From Prochlorococcus sp. AG-449-P16 (lineage in GTDB: Bacteria > Cyanobacteriota > Cyanobacteriia > PCC-6307 > Cyanobiaceae), in NCBI GenBank assembly GCA_003212175.1, contig QCQN01000004.1:10506-74505 (forward strand): 64,000 nt of DNA, written 5' to 3'. The notes beneath the pieces were generated by a model. The model saw only the letters and a list, made by a program, of their open reading frames with translations. It made no database searches and was not told where the DNA came from. Below, in pieces: positions 1 to 9,066 of this stretch (within the stretch, counting starts at the first letter, position 1; every line of letters begins with the position of its first letter). The position numbers and the translations under genes were made by a program.

Positions 1-1
1 A

Positions 2-1018
2 CAATCTGATATGGCAACTTTATGGATTGCATCATATGATCCAATCATTAAATGTAATCTAATTAAAAAAGAAATAATTATCGAAGGCACGGACTTATAT
101 GAACTGATGAATTATAAAAATATAATCAACAATATAAAAACTTTTGAAGAAGCCAATATTATGCAAACAAATTTAAATTTTGATTTTTCAAGAATTAATT
201 TGGACGAAATGGCTACAAAATTTCAAAAAAATATTTTAAAATTGAAAAAATTAATTTCTTCAGGCGATTTATTTCAAGCAAACCTAACAACTAAATGCGA
301 AATTGAATCTGCCAAAAACTATAGTCCTCTAGATATATATTTAAAAATAAGAAGTAAATTAAGAGCTCCCTTTGGAGGAATAATAGTAAATGATCACTAT
401 AAAGAGGCGGTATTATCTACCTCCCCGGAAAGATTTATAAAAAAAGATAGTAAAAATTTTGTAGAATCAAGACCTATCAAAGGAACTAGATCCAGAGATA
501 AGGATTTAAATCAAGACGCACTTAATGCCATCGATTTAATAACGAACGAAAAAGATAGAGCCGAAAACATTATGATTGTTGACCTAATAAGAAATGATTT
601 GAGTAAAGTTTGCGAAACAGGAAGCATTATGGTGCCAGAAATATTAAAACTTGAAAGTTTCTTAAAAGTTCATCATCTAACTTCAGTAATCAGAGGTAAA
701 TTAAAAAAAGACAAGAACTGGATTGATTTGCTAAAAGCTTGTTGGCCTGGGGGTTCTATAACTGGAGCACCTAAATTAAGGTCATGCCAGAGACTTTTTG
801 AATTAGAAGAATGTGAACGCGGACCATACTGTGGCTCATTTTTGAAGCTTGACTGGAATGGAGAGTTTGACAGCAATATATTAATAAGATCATTTTTAAT
901 CAAAGAGACAAAAATCAATATATATGCTGGTTGCGGAATAGTTATTGACTCTAATCCTGAAGAGGAAACCAATGAACTCAAGTGGAAACTTTTACCATTA
1001 ATTGATTCACTAAAATGA
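2..1018 (+). CDS. pabB: Aminodeoxychorismate synthase component I / anthranilate synthase component I family (5'-truncated by window edge)
   Basis: SPERF, RPIKGT, AENIMIVDLIRNDL, PGGSITGAPK and YAGCGIV chorismate-binding motifs; frame is open to the window start; adjacent to a class IV aminotransferase. Confidence 0.85.
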   Translation, partial: QSDMATLWIASYDPIIKCNLIKKEIIIEGTDLYELMNYKNIINNIKTFEEANIMQTNLNFDFSRINLDEMATKFQKNILKLKKLISSGDLFQANLTTKCEIESAKNYSPLDIYLKIRSKLRAPFGGIIVNDHYKEAVLSTSPERFIKKDSKNFVESRPIKGTRSRDKDLNQDALNAIDLITNEKDRAENIMIVDLIRNDLSKVCETGSIMVPEILKLESFLKVHHLTSVIRGKLKKDKNWIDLLKACWPGGSITGAPKLRSCQRLFELEECERGPYCGSFLKLDWNGEFDSNILIRSFLIKETKINIYAGCGIVIDSNPEEETNELKWKLLPLIDSLK

Positions 1019-1842
1019 TAGGATCATTAGGATGGTACAAGGATCAATGGTCAGATATTGATAGAATATTTATTGCGGCTAATAATAGAGGATTAAAATT
1101 TGCTGATGGTATATTTGAAACCATCTTAATAAAAGAAAACAAACCTGTTCTTTTTGATGAACATCTGAAAAGGTTAGAAGAAAGTAGCAAAATTTTAAAT
1201 ATTAATCTCAAAATAAATAAATTAACTTTGAGACAACTTATTAATGATGGAATTAGAAAGTTATCGCTTAAGAATGATCAATTTGCTTCAGTAAGAATAA
1301 ACTATAGTCGAGGGGCTAATGAAGGAAGAACACTTAGAATTAATAGCACTTTAGAAACAAAAGATTTAGATAATTTATGGATTGAGTTCTATAGAATAAA
1401 ACCAAATTTTAATCCTATAAGCGTTTTTATTAGTCAAACAGAAAAAATAAATGAATTCAGTCTTGTAAGTAAATGCAAGACATTTTCATATAATCAAGCT
1501 ATACAAGTTTTGACAGAGGCTAATGAAAAATCATTTGATGATTCTATCCTGTTGAATACGTCAGGTGAACTTTGTTGTGGAAGCACATTTAATCTTCTAA
1601 TTAAAAGAAATAATCAATGGATAACGCCTAGAAAAGAGAGCGGCTGTTTAGAGGGGATTATGATTTCTAAAGCTTTAAAATTGAAAATTGTAAAAGAAGA
1701 ATTAATTTCTCCAGAATTTCAAAAAGATGACATAATATTTGCAATTAATAGTTTATCTTGCAGACAAATTACTCAAGTTAATGATTTAAAGCTTAAACCT
1801 AAATTCGATCCAATTTACTTTTGGGATTTATTGTATAGTTGA
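1015..1842 (+). CDS. pabC: Class IV aminotransferase, probable 4-amino-4-deoxychorismate lyase
   Basis: RGLKFADGIFET, HLKRL and GCLEGI motifs; ATGA overlap with pabB. Confidence 0.75.
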   Translation: MIGSLGWYKDQWSDIDRIFIAANNRGLKFADGIFETILIKENKPVLFDEHLKRLEESSKILNINLKINKLTLRQLINDGIRKLSLKNDQFASVRINYSRGANEGRTLRINSTLETKDLDNLWIEFYRIKPNFNPISVFISQTEKINEFSLVSKCKTFSYNQAIQVLTEANEKSFDDSILLNTSGELCCGSTFNLLIKRNNQWITPRKESGCLEGIMISKALKLKIVKEELISPEFQKDDIIFAINSLSCRQITQVNDLKLKPKFDPIYFWDLLYS

Positions 1843-2630
1843 ACTTTATTAATATCTGATAAATAGACATCAGATACCTTAGTTATGTTGTTGTTGACCT
1901 TAAATTCAACAATTTTTCCAATAATGATAATTGATGGAGATAAAAATTCTTTATCTTTAATTTTATCTGCGAGATTATCTAATTTCTCTATAAAACATTT
2001 TTGATTTTTCAAAGTAGCTTCCTGGATTACAGCGCATTTTGTATTCTTACATAAGCCGCCCAAAATTAACTCTTCTACAATAAATTCAATATTTTTTATA
2101 CCCATAAAGATAACTAAGCTATCTGAAGATTTAGCTAAATCTCTCCAATTAACGCTCTTTTTTTCCTTATCAACATGCTCATGACCGGTTACGAAAGTTA
2201 CAGAACTCGCAGCATCTCTATGAGTAAGTGGAATACCAAAATATGTGGGAGCAGCAATACCAGAAGTGATCCCAGGAACGATTTCAACTGAAACTCCATT
2301 TTTTTCTAAAAACGATACTTCTTCACCACCCCTAGAAAAGACAAATGGATCTCCCCCTTTAAGCCTGACAACATTTTTGCCTTCTTTTGCCAATTTCAAA
2401 ATAAGAGCATTAGTTTCAGCCTGAGGTACAGAACACTTTCCAGCTCTTTTACCTACATGGAAAATTTGTGTATTTTTTCCTGCCTCTTTTGTTATTTTAT
2501 CCGGGATTAAAGCATCATGAACTAATGCATCACAATTTTTTATTAGGCGTAAAGCTTTTAGAGTTAAAAGCTCAGGGTCACCAGGACCTGCTCCAACTAA
2601 ATAAACAATGCCGGGCACAATATTCTCCAT
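1815..2630 (-). CDS. cobA: Uroporphyrinogen-III C-methyltransferase
   Basis: VYLVGAGPGDPELLT, RLKGGDPFVFSRGGEE and VPGITS motifs; ATG at 2630 chosen as start. Confidence 0.95.
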   Translation of the reverse strand: MENIVPGIVYLVGAGPGDPELLTLKALRLIKNCDALVHDALIPDKITKEAGKNTQIFHVGKRAGKCSVPQAETNALILKLAKEGKNVVRLKGGDPFVFSRGGEEVSFLEKNGVSVEIVPGITSGIAAPTYFGIPLTHRDAASSVTFVTGHEHVDKEKKSVNWRDLAKSSDSLVIFMGIKNIEFIVEELILGGLCKNTKCAVIQEATLKNQKCFIEKLDNLADKIKDKEFLSPSIIIIGKIVEFKVNNNITKVSDVYLSDINKVQLYNKSQK

Positions 2631-2660
2631 TAACAAGTATGGTAGTAGAAGTTAATCGAA

Positions 2661-3938
2661 ATGAAGGAAAATATTGTGAAAGAAAGTTTATTAAAATCAA
2701 ATAAAAAATTTACTCTCCTTAGCGCGTTTATTACTCTTCTAAATGATCGTTTAAGTGAAAGTATACTTTTACCCATATTACCCTCTTTTGTTTTACTTTT
2801 TGACTCTAAAGCAAGTACATATGGTTTACTATCATGCACTTACCAATTAGCTCAATTTACAGCTTCTCCTTTCATAGGACTTATGAGTGATAGATATGGA
2901 AGAAGACCCGTCACTCTTTTTTGTATTACTGGTTCAGTCATAGGAATATCAATATTATCATTTACGGTTCTTTTTAACTGGTCAAATTCAATAGCCTCCA
3001 TTCCGTTATTTTTATTATTTTTAGCGAGACTAATTGACGGTTTGAGTGGGGGGACTGCAGCTACAGCAACAACAATTCTGGCAGATATTTCAAGTCCTGA
3101 AAAAAGAGCAAAAACATTTGGTCTTATTGGTGTAGCTTTTGGTTTAAGTTTTTTCTTAGGTAATATTTTTGTTGTAATTTTTGCAAAAAATACAAATAAT
3201 AATTTTATTATTCCAGTTTTGATAGCCTCAATCATTCCAATAATCAATTTTCTCCTTGTATTTCTCTACTTACCAGAAACCAAGCCTAATAATGACTCAA
3301 ATCAATCAATAACTATTTTAAAAAACCCTTTAAAAGAGCTATTTACAGTTTTCAAAGAAGAAAAGATTAAAAAATTATCATTAGCATTTTTTATTTATTT
3401 TATTGCTTTTACTGGATTGACCAATATCCTTATATTTTTCCTTCAAGAATCTTTAAACTGGACGACCAAAGCATCAAGTGGAACTCTTGTGGTAGTAGGA
3501 ATTATTGCAATTATCGTTCAGGGAGGACTCATTGGGCCTCTTGTAAAACAATTTGGCGAAATGCGATTAACGCTTATCGGATCAGGCTTCATTCTTGTGG
3601 CATGTGCTCTATTAATAACTGCTCCAAAAGAAAATGCAACAATAAATATTTATTCAGCTGTTTCATTTCTGGCCATTGGGGCAGGGTTAATCACCCCCAC
3701 CTTAAGAGCACTAATATCAAAGAAATTAGACGTTGATAAACAAGGATCAATTCTAAGTAACCTTCAAGGTCTTCAAAGTCTTGGAGGAGTCTTAGGAATT
3801 GCAATGGCCGGTAAGGTTTATGATAGTTTTGGTCCTAGATCACCTTTTATAGCTGGTTCCGTTATCTTACTTTTCATGATATATCTTATTGCAGAGGGTA
3901 AAAATAATAATCCTGTAATAATCAAAAACCAAAAGTAA
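2661..3938 (+). CDS. MFS transporter (TetA/multidrug-efflux-like)
   Basis: About 12 hydrophobic segments; motif A GLMSDRYGRRP; ARLIDGLSGG. Confidence 0.9.
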   Translation: MKENIVKESLLKSNKKFTLLSAFITLLNDRLSESILLPILPSFVLLFDSKASTYGLLSCTYQLAQFTASPFIGLMSDRYGRRPVTLFCITGSVIGISILSFTVLFNWSNSIASIPLFLLFLARLIDGLSGGTAATATTILADISSPEKRAKTFGLIGVAFGLSFFLGNIFVVIFAKNTNNNFIIPVLIASIIPIINFLLVFLYLPETKPNNDSNQSITILKNPLKELFTVFKEEKIKKLSLAFFIYFIAFTGLTNILIFFLQESLNWTTKASSGTLVVVGIIAIIVQGGLIGPLVKQFGEMRLTLIGSGFILVACALLITAPKENATINIYSAVSFLAIGAGLITPTLRALISKKLDVDKQGSILSNLQGLQSLGGVLGIAMAGKVYDSFGPRSPFIAGSVILLFMIYLIAEGKNNNPVIIKNQK

Positions 3939-3942
3939 TTTA

Positions 3943-6033
3943 ATGAACAGCCAAGCTGATGTTTTTATTAATAGAGAATTAAGTTGGATTGAATTCAATA
4001 AAAGAGTGCTCCTAACTGGTTTTGAAAAGGAGTACAAAATCCTAGATAAAGTAAAATTTTGTTCGATTTTTAGTAATAATCTTGATGAGTTTTTTATGGT
4101 AAGGGTAGCTTCATTAAAGGCTCAAGTTGAAGCAGGAATTACTAAAAAAAGTATTGACGGACTTACCCCTAAAGAACAATTAACAAAAATCAACAACGAA
4201 GTAAAAAAATTAACTACTCTTCAAGAAAGCTTTGTAAATAATGAATTAAATAATGAATTAAAAGAAAAAGGTGTCATTTTAAAAAAATATAAGGACTTAA
4301 GTGAAAATCAAAGAAATTGGTGTAATAACTTCTTCACTACATCTATTTTCCCTTTATTAACCCCATTAGTTGTTGATCCGGCACATCCATTTCCTTTTAT
4401 TAGTAATCTAAGTCTAAATTTGGCAGCTCTAATAAGGGATGGTGAAAATGCTAAAAATCAATTTGTCAGAATAAAAATACCAACAAAAAATATAAATAGA
4501 TTTATACAAATTCCAAATGAAATTATTCAACATAGTGATGAAAGTACATATTTATTCATAAGTGTTGAAGATTTAATTGGGAATAATATAAATACTTTAT
4601 TTAACGGAATGGAATGCATAAATTACTCTTTTTTTAGAGTGACAAGGGATGCAGATTTAGAATTAAAAGAACTTGAAGCTGATGATCTTCTTTTAGCAGT
4701 TGAACAAAGTTTGCAAAAGAGAAGATTAGGTGGAGACGTAGTTAGATTAGAAGTTGAATCGGATACACCAGAGAATATTCTAAAATTACTAATTGAAAGT
4801 ATCTCAATACAAAAAGAATATATTTACTTTTGCAAAAGTTTTTTAGGCCTTGACGATTTAAATCAGCTTACAAAAATTAATAGAGATGATTTAAAAGAAA
4901 ATCTACTAATTGGGAAAACTCACCAACATTTAAAAAATTTAGATTTGCCTTCAAGCAAAAAACTCAATTCTATTTTCAAGATACTTAGAAAAAAAAATAT
5001 TCTGCTACATCATCCCTATGACTTATTTAAAACTTCAGTGGAGGAATTTATAAACAGAGCCGCCGATGATCCACTTGTAATGGCTATAAAAATTACTTTA
5101 TATAGAGTTTCCAAGGATTCGCCTATCATCTCTGCTCTAATGCGAGCTGCAGAGAATGGTAAAGAAGTAATGACCTTAGTTGAACTTAAAGCTAGATTTG
5201 ATGAAGATAATAATATTCAATGGGCGAAACAACTTGAGCAGGCTGGGATCCATGTAGTGTATGGCATAATAGGTTTTAAAACCCATACCAAAATAGCTTT
5301 AATCGTAAGGAGAGAAAAAGGAAGATTAAGAAATTATTTCCATATAGGGACTGGTAATTATAATTCAAACACTTCCCGTTTCTATACAGATATAGGATTA
5401 TTATCCACTGATCCAGAAATTGCCTCTGACTTAATAGAACTATTTAATTACTTATCGGGATTTTCTAAACAAAAAACTTACCAAAAATTATTAGTATCTC
5501 CATCATCTTTAAGAACAAAATTTATTTATTTAATCAATCGTGAGATTGAAAATGCTAAGCAGGGTAAGGAAGCGAAAATCATCGCAAAAATGAATTCCTT
5601 AGTGGATCCAGAAATAATTGAATTATTGTATTTTGCATCACAAACTGGAGTTCAGATTAATTTAATTGTTAGGGGGGTTTGTTGTTTATATCCACAAAGA
5701 AAAAATTTGAGTGAAAACATAAAAGTTAAAAGTATAATCGGCCACTTTCTTGAACATTCAAGAATATTTTGGTTCTACAATAACAATAATACAGAGGTTT
5801 TCATTGGAAGCGCAGACTGGATGAGAAGAAATCTAGATAGAAGGATTGAGGCTATTACTCCCATAGAAGATTTAAAATTAAAATCTCAACTACATAATCT
5901 TTTAAAAACTTATATAGATGATAACTACTACTCATGGCTTATGAATCCAGATGGGAGTTACAAAAAATCATCTGAAGAAAAACTATCAAATCGCTCTCAA
6001 TTTGACTTAATAGAGAGTTGGCAAAATAGTTGA
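3943..6033 (+). CDS. ppk1: Polyphosphate kinase 1
   Basis: NRELSW, NLDEFFMVRVA, HHPY, ELKARFDE, KTHTK, FLEHSR and SADWMRRNL motifs. Confidence 0.97.
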   Translation: MNSQADVFINRELSWIEFNKRVLLTGFEKEYKILDKVKFCSIFSNNLDEFFMVRVASLKAQVEAGITKKSIDGLTPKEQLTKINNEVKKLTTLQESFVNNELNNELKEKGVILKKYKDLSENQRNWCNNFFTTSIFPLLTPLVVDPAHPFPFISNLSLNLAALIRDGENAKNQFVRIKIPTKNINRFIQIPNEIIQHSDESTYLFISVEDLIGNNINTLFNGMECINYSFFRVTRDADLELKELEADDLLLAVEQSLQKRRLGGDVVRLEVESDTPENILKLLIESISIQKEYIYFCKSFLGLDDLNQLTKINRDDLKENLLIGKTHQHLKNLDLPSSKKLNSIFKILRKKNILLHHPYDLFKTSVEEFINRAADDPLVMAIKITLYRVSKDSPIISALMRAAENGKEVMTLVELKARFDEDNNIQWAKQLEQAGIHVVYGIIGFKTHTKIALIVRREKGRLRNYFHIGTGNYNSNTSRFYTDIGLLSTDPEIASDLIELFNYLSGFSKQKTYQKLLVSPSSLRTKFIYLINREIENAKQGKEAKIIAKMNSLVDPEIIELLYFASQTGVQINLIVRGVCCLYPQRKNLSENIKVKSIIGHFLEHSRIFWFYNNNNTEVFIGSADWMRRNLDRRIEAITPIEDLKLKSQLHNLLKTYIDDNYYSWLMNPDGSYKKSSEEKLSNRSQFDLIESWQNS

Positions 6034-6227
6034 TTTTTATGACATTTTGGAAAAATTACTTAATATTTTTAAAAATTTTATATTTCTATAAAACCCTTTC
6101 ATTGCAATACTTTTAAGGAAATATATACTAAAAATAATTTTTTTGTCTTTAAAGTTTCAAAGCAAAAGTAGTTTTTATATCGATTTCAGTGCTAGCTTTT
6201 TAAAAAATCCACTTGTAGGAGGCCAGG

Positions 6228-7250
6228 GTGATGGGGATCCCTCTGGAATCTTTTAAGGATTCTTCAAAAAATAACATTGAAGAACCTAGATTACCAAACA
6301 CAACGAGCAAAGCTCGTAACGCACAATCCAGCTCGACTGGTAAACAAAACCAAAAAAAATCTGGGAGACTTGCCTCAGATTCTATTGGTCATTATTTGAG
6401 TAGTATAGGAAGAGTTCCACTCCTTACTGCAGCAGAAGAAATTGAACTAGCTCATCATGTTCAAAACATGAAAAAATTGCTAGAAACTCCCGAAATTGAG
6501 AGAACACCTCGAAATAGACATCTAATCAGAGTTGGTAAAAAAGCTCGAGATAGAATGATGGCTGCTAATTTAAGACTGGTTGTATCTGTTGCAAAAAAAT
6601 ATCAAAATCAAGGCTTAGAGCTATTAGATTTAGTTCAAGAAGGGGCAATTGGATTGGAAAGAGCCGTTGATAAATTTGATCCAGCAATGGGCTATAAATT
6701 TTCTACTTATGCTTATTGGTGGATCAGACAAGGAATGACAAGAGCTATTGATAATAGTGCCAGAACTATAAGATTACCTATTCACATAAGTGAAAAATTA
6801 TCAAAAATGAGGAGAGTCTCTCGAGAACTGTCTCATAAATACGGAAGACAACCAACGAGATTAGAAATGGCAAATGCAATGGGAATTGAACAAAAAGACC
6901 TAGAAGATCTAATTTCTCAAAGTGCCCCCTGCGCTTCACTTGATGCTCATGCGAGAGGAGAAGAAGACAGAAGCACTCTTGGCGAGCTAATTCCTGATCC
7001 AAATTGTGAAGAACCTATGGAGGGAATGGACAGAACCATTCAAAAAGAACATTTAGGAACATGGCTAGCTCAATTAAATGAAAGAGAACAAAAAATAATG
7101 AAACTTCGTTTTGGGTTAGATGGAGCAGAGCCTTTAACTTTAGCCGAAATTGGAAGACAAATTAATGTATCAAGAGAAAGGGTAAGACAATTAGAAGCAA
7201 AAGCCATCCTAAAGCTTAGAGTAATGACAACTCACCAAAAAGCAGCTTAA
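6228..7250 (+). CDS. Group 2 sigma-70 factor (RpoD/SigA-like, no region 1.1)
   Basis: ANLRLVVSVAKKY, DLVQEG, KFSTYAYWWIRQ and region 4 SRERVRQLE; GTG 6228 or ATG 6231 start. Confidence 0.93.
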   Translation: MMGIPLESFKDSSKNNIEEPRLPNTTSKARNAQSSSTGKQNQKKSGRLASDSIGHYLSSIGRVPLLTAAEEIELAHHVQNMKKLLETPEIERTPRNRHLIRVGKKARDRMMAANLRLVVSVAKKYQNQGLELLDLVQEGAIGLERAVDKFDPAMGYKFSTYAYWWIRQGMTRAIDNSARTIRLPIHISEKLSKMRRVSRELSHKYGRQPTRLEMANAMGIEQKDLEDLISQSAPCASLDAHARGEEDRSTLGELIPDPNCEEPMEGMDRTIQKEHLGTWLAQLNEREQKIMKLRFGLDGAEPLTLAEIGRQINVSRERVRQLEAKAILKLRVMTTHQKAA

Positions 7251-7255
7251 TCAAA

Positions 7256-7900
7256 TTGTTGAAATTTGCCATAATTTTAATTTATATAATATTTGTATTT
7301 TTAATATCCATACTTTTCAAAAATCTTAATCCAAAAAAGAAAGAAGTTTTGAGAAAAATGATTCATATTGGGATAGGCCCACTTATTCCAATAGCAAAAT
7401 ATCTTGAGATTAATCAAATTGCAGCTCTCTACTTTACTGGAATAATTTCATTATTAATCATTTTTAATTACCTCTATAAGGTATTTCCAATCATTGAAGA
7501 TGTAGAAAGGAAAAGTTTTGGAACTTTATTTTATTGCTTTAGTCTATTTGTTTTAATTTATCTTTTTTGGGAAAGTGACCCAATATCACTAATTGTTGGA
7601 TTTTTTATAATGACTTTTGGAGATGGATTTGCTGGATTAATAGGGAAAAACATTCAATCTAAAAGTTGGTTTTTGTTTAACCAGAAAAAATCTATTTTGG
7701 GAACATTAACAATGTTCACTATTAGTTTGATAATAATTTTTGGTTTAAGTTATTACTCAGAATACTCTTTCAATTTTAATTTTTTTACTATAGCGGCGAT
7801 AGCAACAGCACTTGAACAGTTCAGCATTTTTGGAATAGATAATTTTACAGTTCCTATTTCATCAGCTATGTGCTTTAATTTTTTTATTACTAGATTATAA
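7256..7900 (+). CDS. Diacylglycerol/polyprenol (phytol/dolichol) kinase family membrane protein
   Basis: RKMIHIG, GDGFAGLIG, KKSILG and DNFTVP motifs; hydrophobic. Confidence 0.85.
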   Translation: MLKFAIILIYIIFVFLISILFKNLNPKKKEVLRKMIHIGIGPLIPIAKYLEINQIAALYFTGIISLLIIFNYLYKVFPIIEDVERKSFGTLFYCFSLFVLIYLFWESDPISLIVGFFIMTFGDGFAGLIGKNIQSKSWFLFNQKKSILGTLTMFTISLIIIFGLSYYSEYSFNFNFFTIAAIATALEQFSIFGIDNFTVPISSAMCFNFFITRL

Positions 7901-7901
7901 A

Positions 7902-8969
7902 TTAAGGAATTGATTCATACAATGTAGCAAGAAGATTTCTTGTAGTTTCAATATCTATGCAGGCATCAGTTATACTTCTGCCGAACTCAAGATTTTTTCT
8001 ATTAGAAAGTTTTTGATTACCCTCCTTCAGATGACTTTCAAGCATAACTCCTAAAATATTTTTTTCACCTTTACTAATTTGCATAGCTATGTTGTTTAGT
8101 ACTTCAGACTGTTTTCGAAAGTCTTTGTTTGAATTTCCATGACTGCAATCAATCATCACTTTTTCAGGAAGATTACATTGCTTTAATTCAGCAGAAATTC
8201 TTTGAACATGATGGCTTTCAAAATTTGGGCCTTTTGAACCGCCTCTTAAAACTATATGACCATCTGGATTCCCCGTAGTATTAACAATAGAAGCCATTCC
8301 ATTGGCATTTACACCTAAGAAATGATGCGATTTTGAAGCTGATTGCATTGCATTTATTGCAGTAGTAAAAGAGCCATCGGTTCCATTTTTAAAACCTATA
8401 GGCATAGATAATCCTGATGCCATCTCCCTATGCGTTTGACTTTCAGTAGTCCTAGCACCTATGGCTGTCCAACTTATCAAATCGGCAATATATTGAGGAA
8501 CAATTGGATCTAATAATTCTGTAGCAGAAGGTATTCCACGCGTGGCGAGATATGCGAGTAAACTTCTTGCCCTTCTTAAACCAGTGTTTATATCATATGA
8601 ATCATCTAAATGAGGATCATTTATAAGTCCTTTCCAACCGATAGTAGTTCTTGGTTTCTCAAAATATACTCTCATAATTATTTCTAATTTATCTTTATAA
8701 ATTTCTCGAAAGTTTTCGATGTATTTTGAATATTCTTTTGCCGCCTCTAAATCATGAATTGAACATGGACCTGCAATAACCAAAAGCTTTGGATCATTAT
8801 GGTGCAAAATATTTTGTATTGATCTTCTTGTTTTGGATACTGTATTGGCAGAGTTATGATCTAAAGGTATATCATTATGTAATGTGCTTGGAGGTATTAA
8901 TGGACGTGTTTCAACAACATGTAAATCTGATGTCTTTTCTAAAGCTGAATTACTTGATGATGTCGTCAT
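7902..8969 (-). CDS. aroF: DAHP synthase, class I-alpha
   Basis: GPCSIHD, RVYFEKPRT, IGARTTESQ, DCSHGNS and SITDACI motifs. Confidence 0.93.
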   Translation of the reverse strand: MTTSSSNSALEKTSDLHVVETRPLIPPSTLHNDIPLDHNSANTVSKTRRSIQNILHHNDPKLLVIAGPCSIHDLEAAKEYSKYIENFREIYKDKLEIIMRVYFEKPRTTIGWKGLINDPHLDDSYDINTGLRRARSLLAYLATRGIPSATELLDPIVPQYIADLISWTAIGARTTESQTHREMASGLSMPIGFKNGTDGSFTTAINAMQSASKSHHFLGVNANGMASIVNTTGNPDGHIVLRGGSKGPNFESHHVQRISAELKQCNLPEKVMIDCSHGNSNKDFRKQSEVLNNIAMQISKGEKNILGVMLESHLKEGNQKLSNRKNLEFGRSITDACIDIETTRNLLATLYESIP

Positions 8970-9066
8970 TGATTAATTAAGAAGTTTGAATATTTAAAAA
9001 AGCATTTATGAATACTCTCCTTTTCAATATTAAAAATAACAATAGATTAGGCATTAAACCTTACTA

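Noticed and set aside
6034-6227. 194-bp gap before the sigma factor gene as a possible sRNA
   Set aside because: No convincing stem-loop or terminator; adequately explained as promoter and 5' UTR
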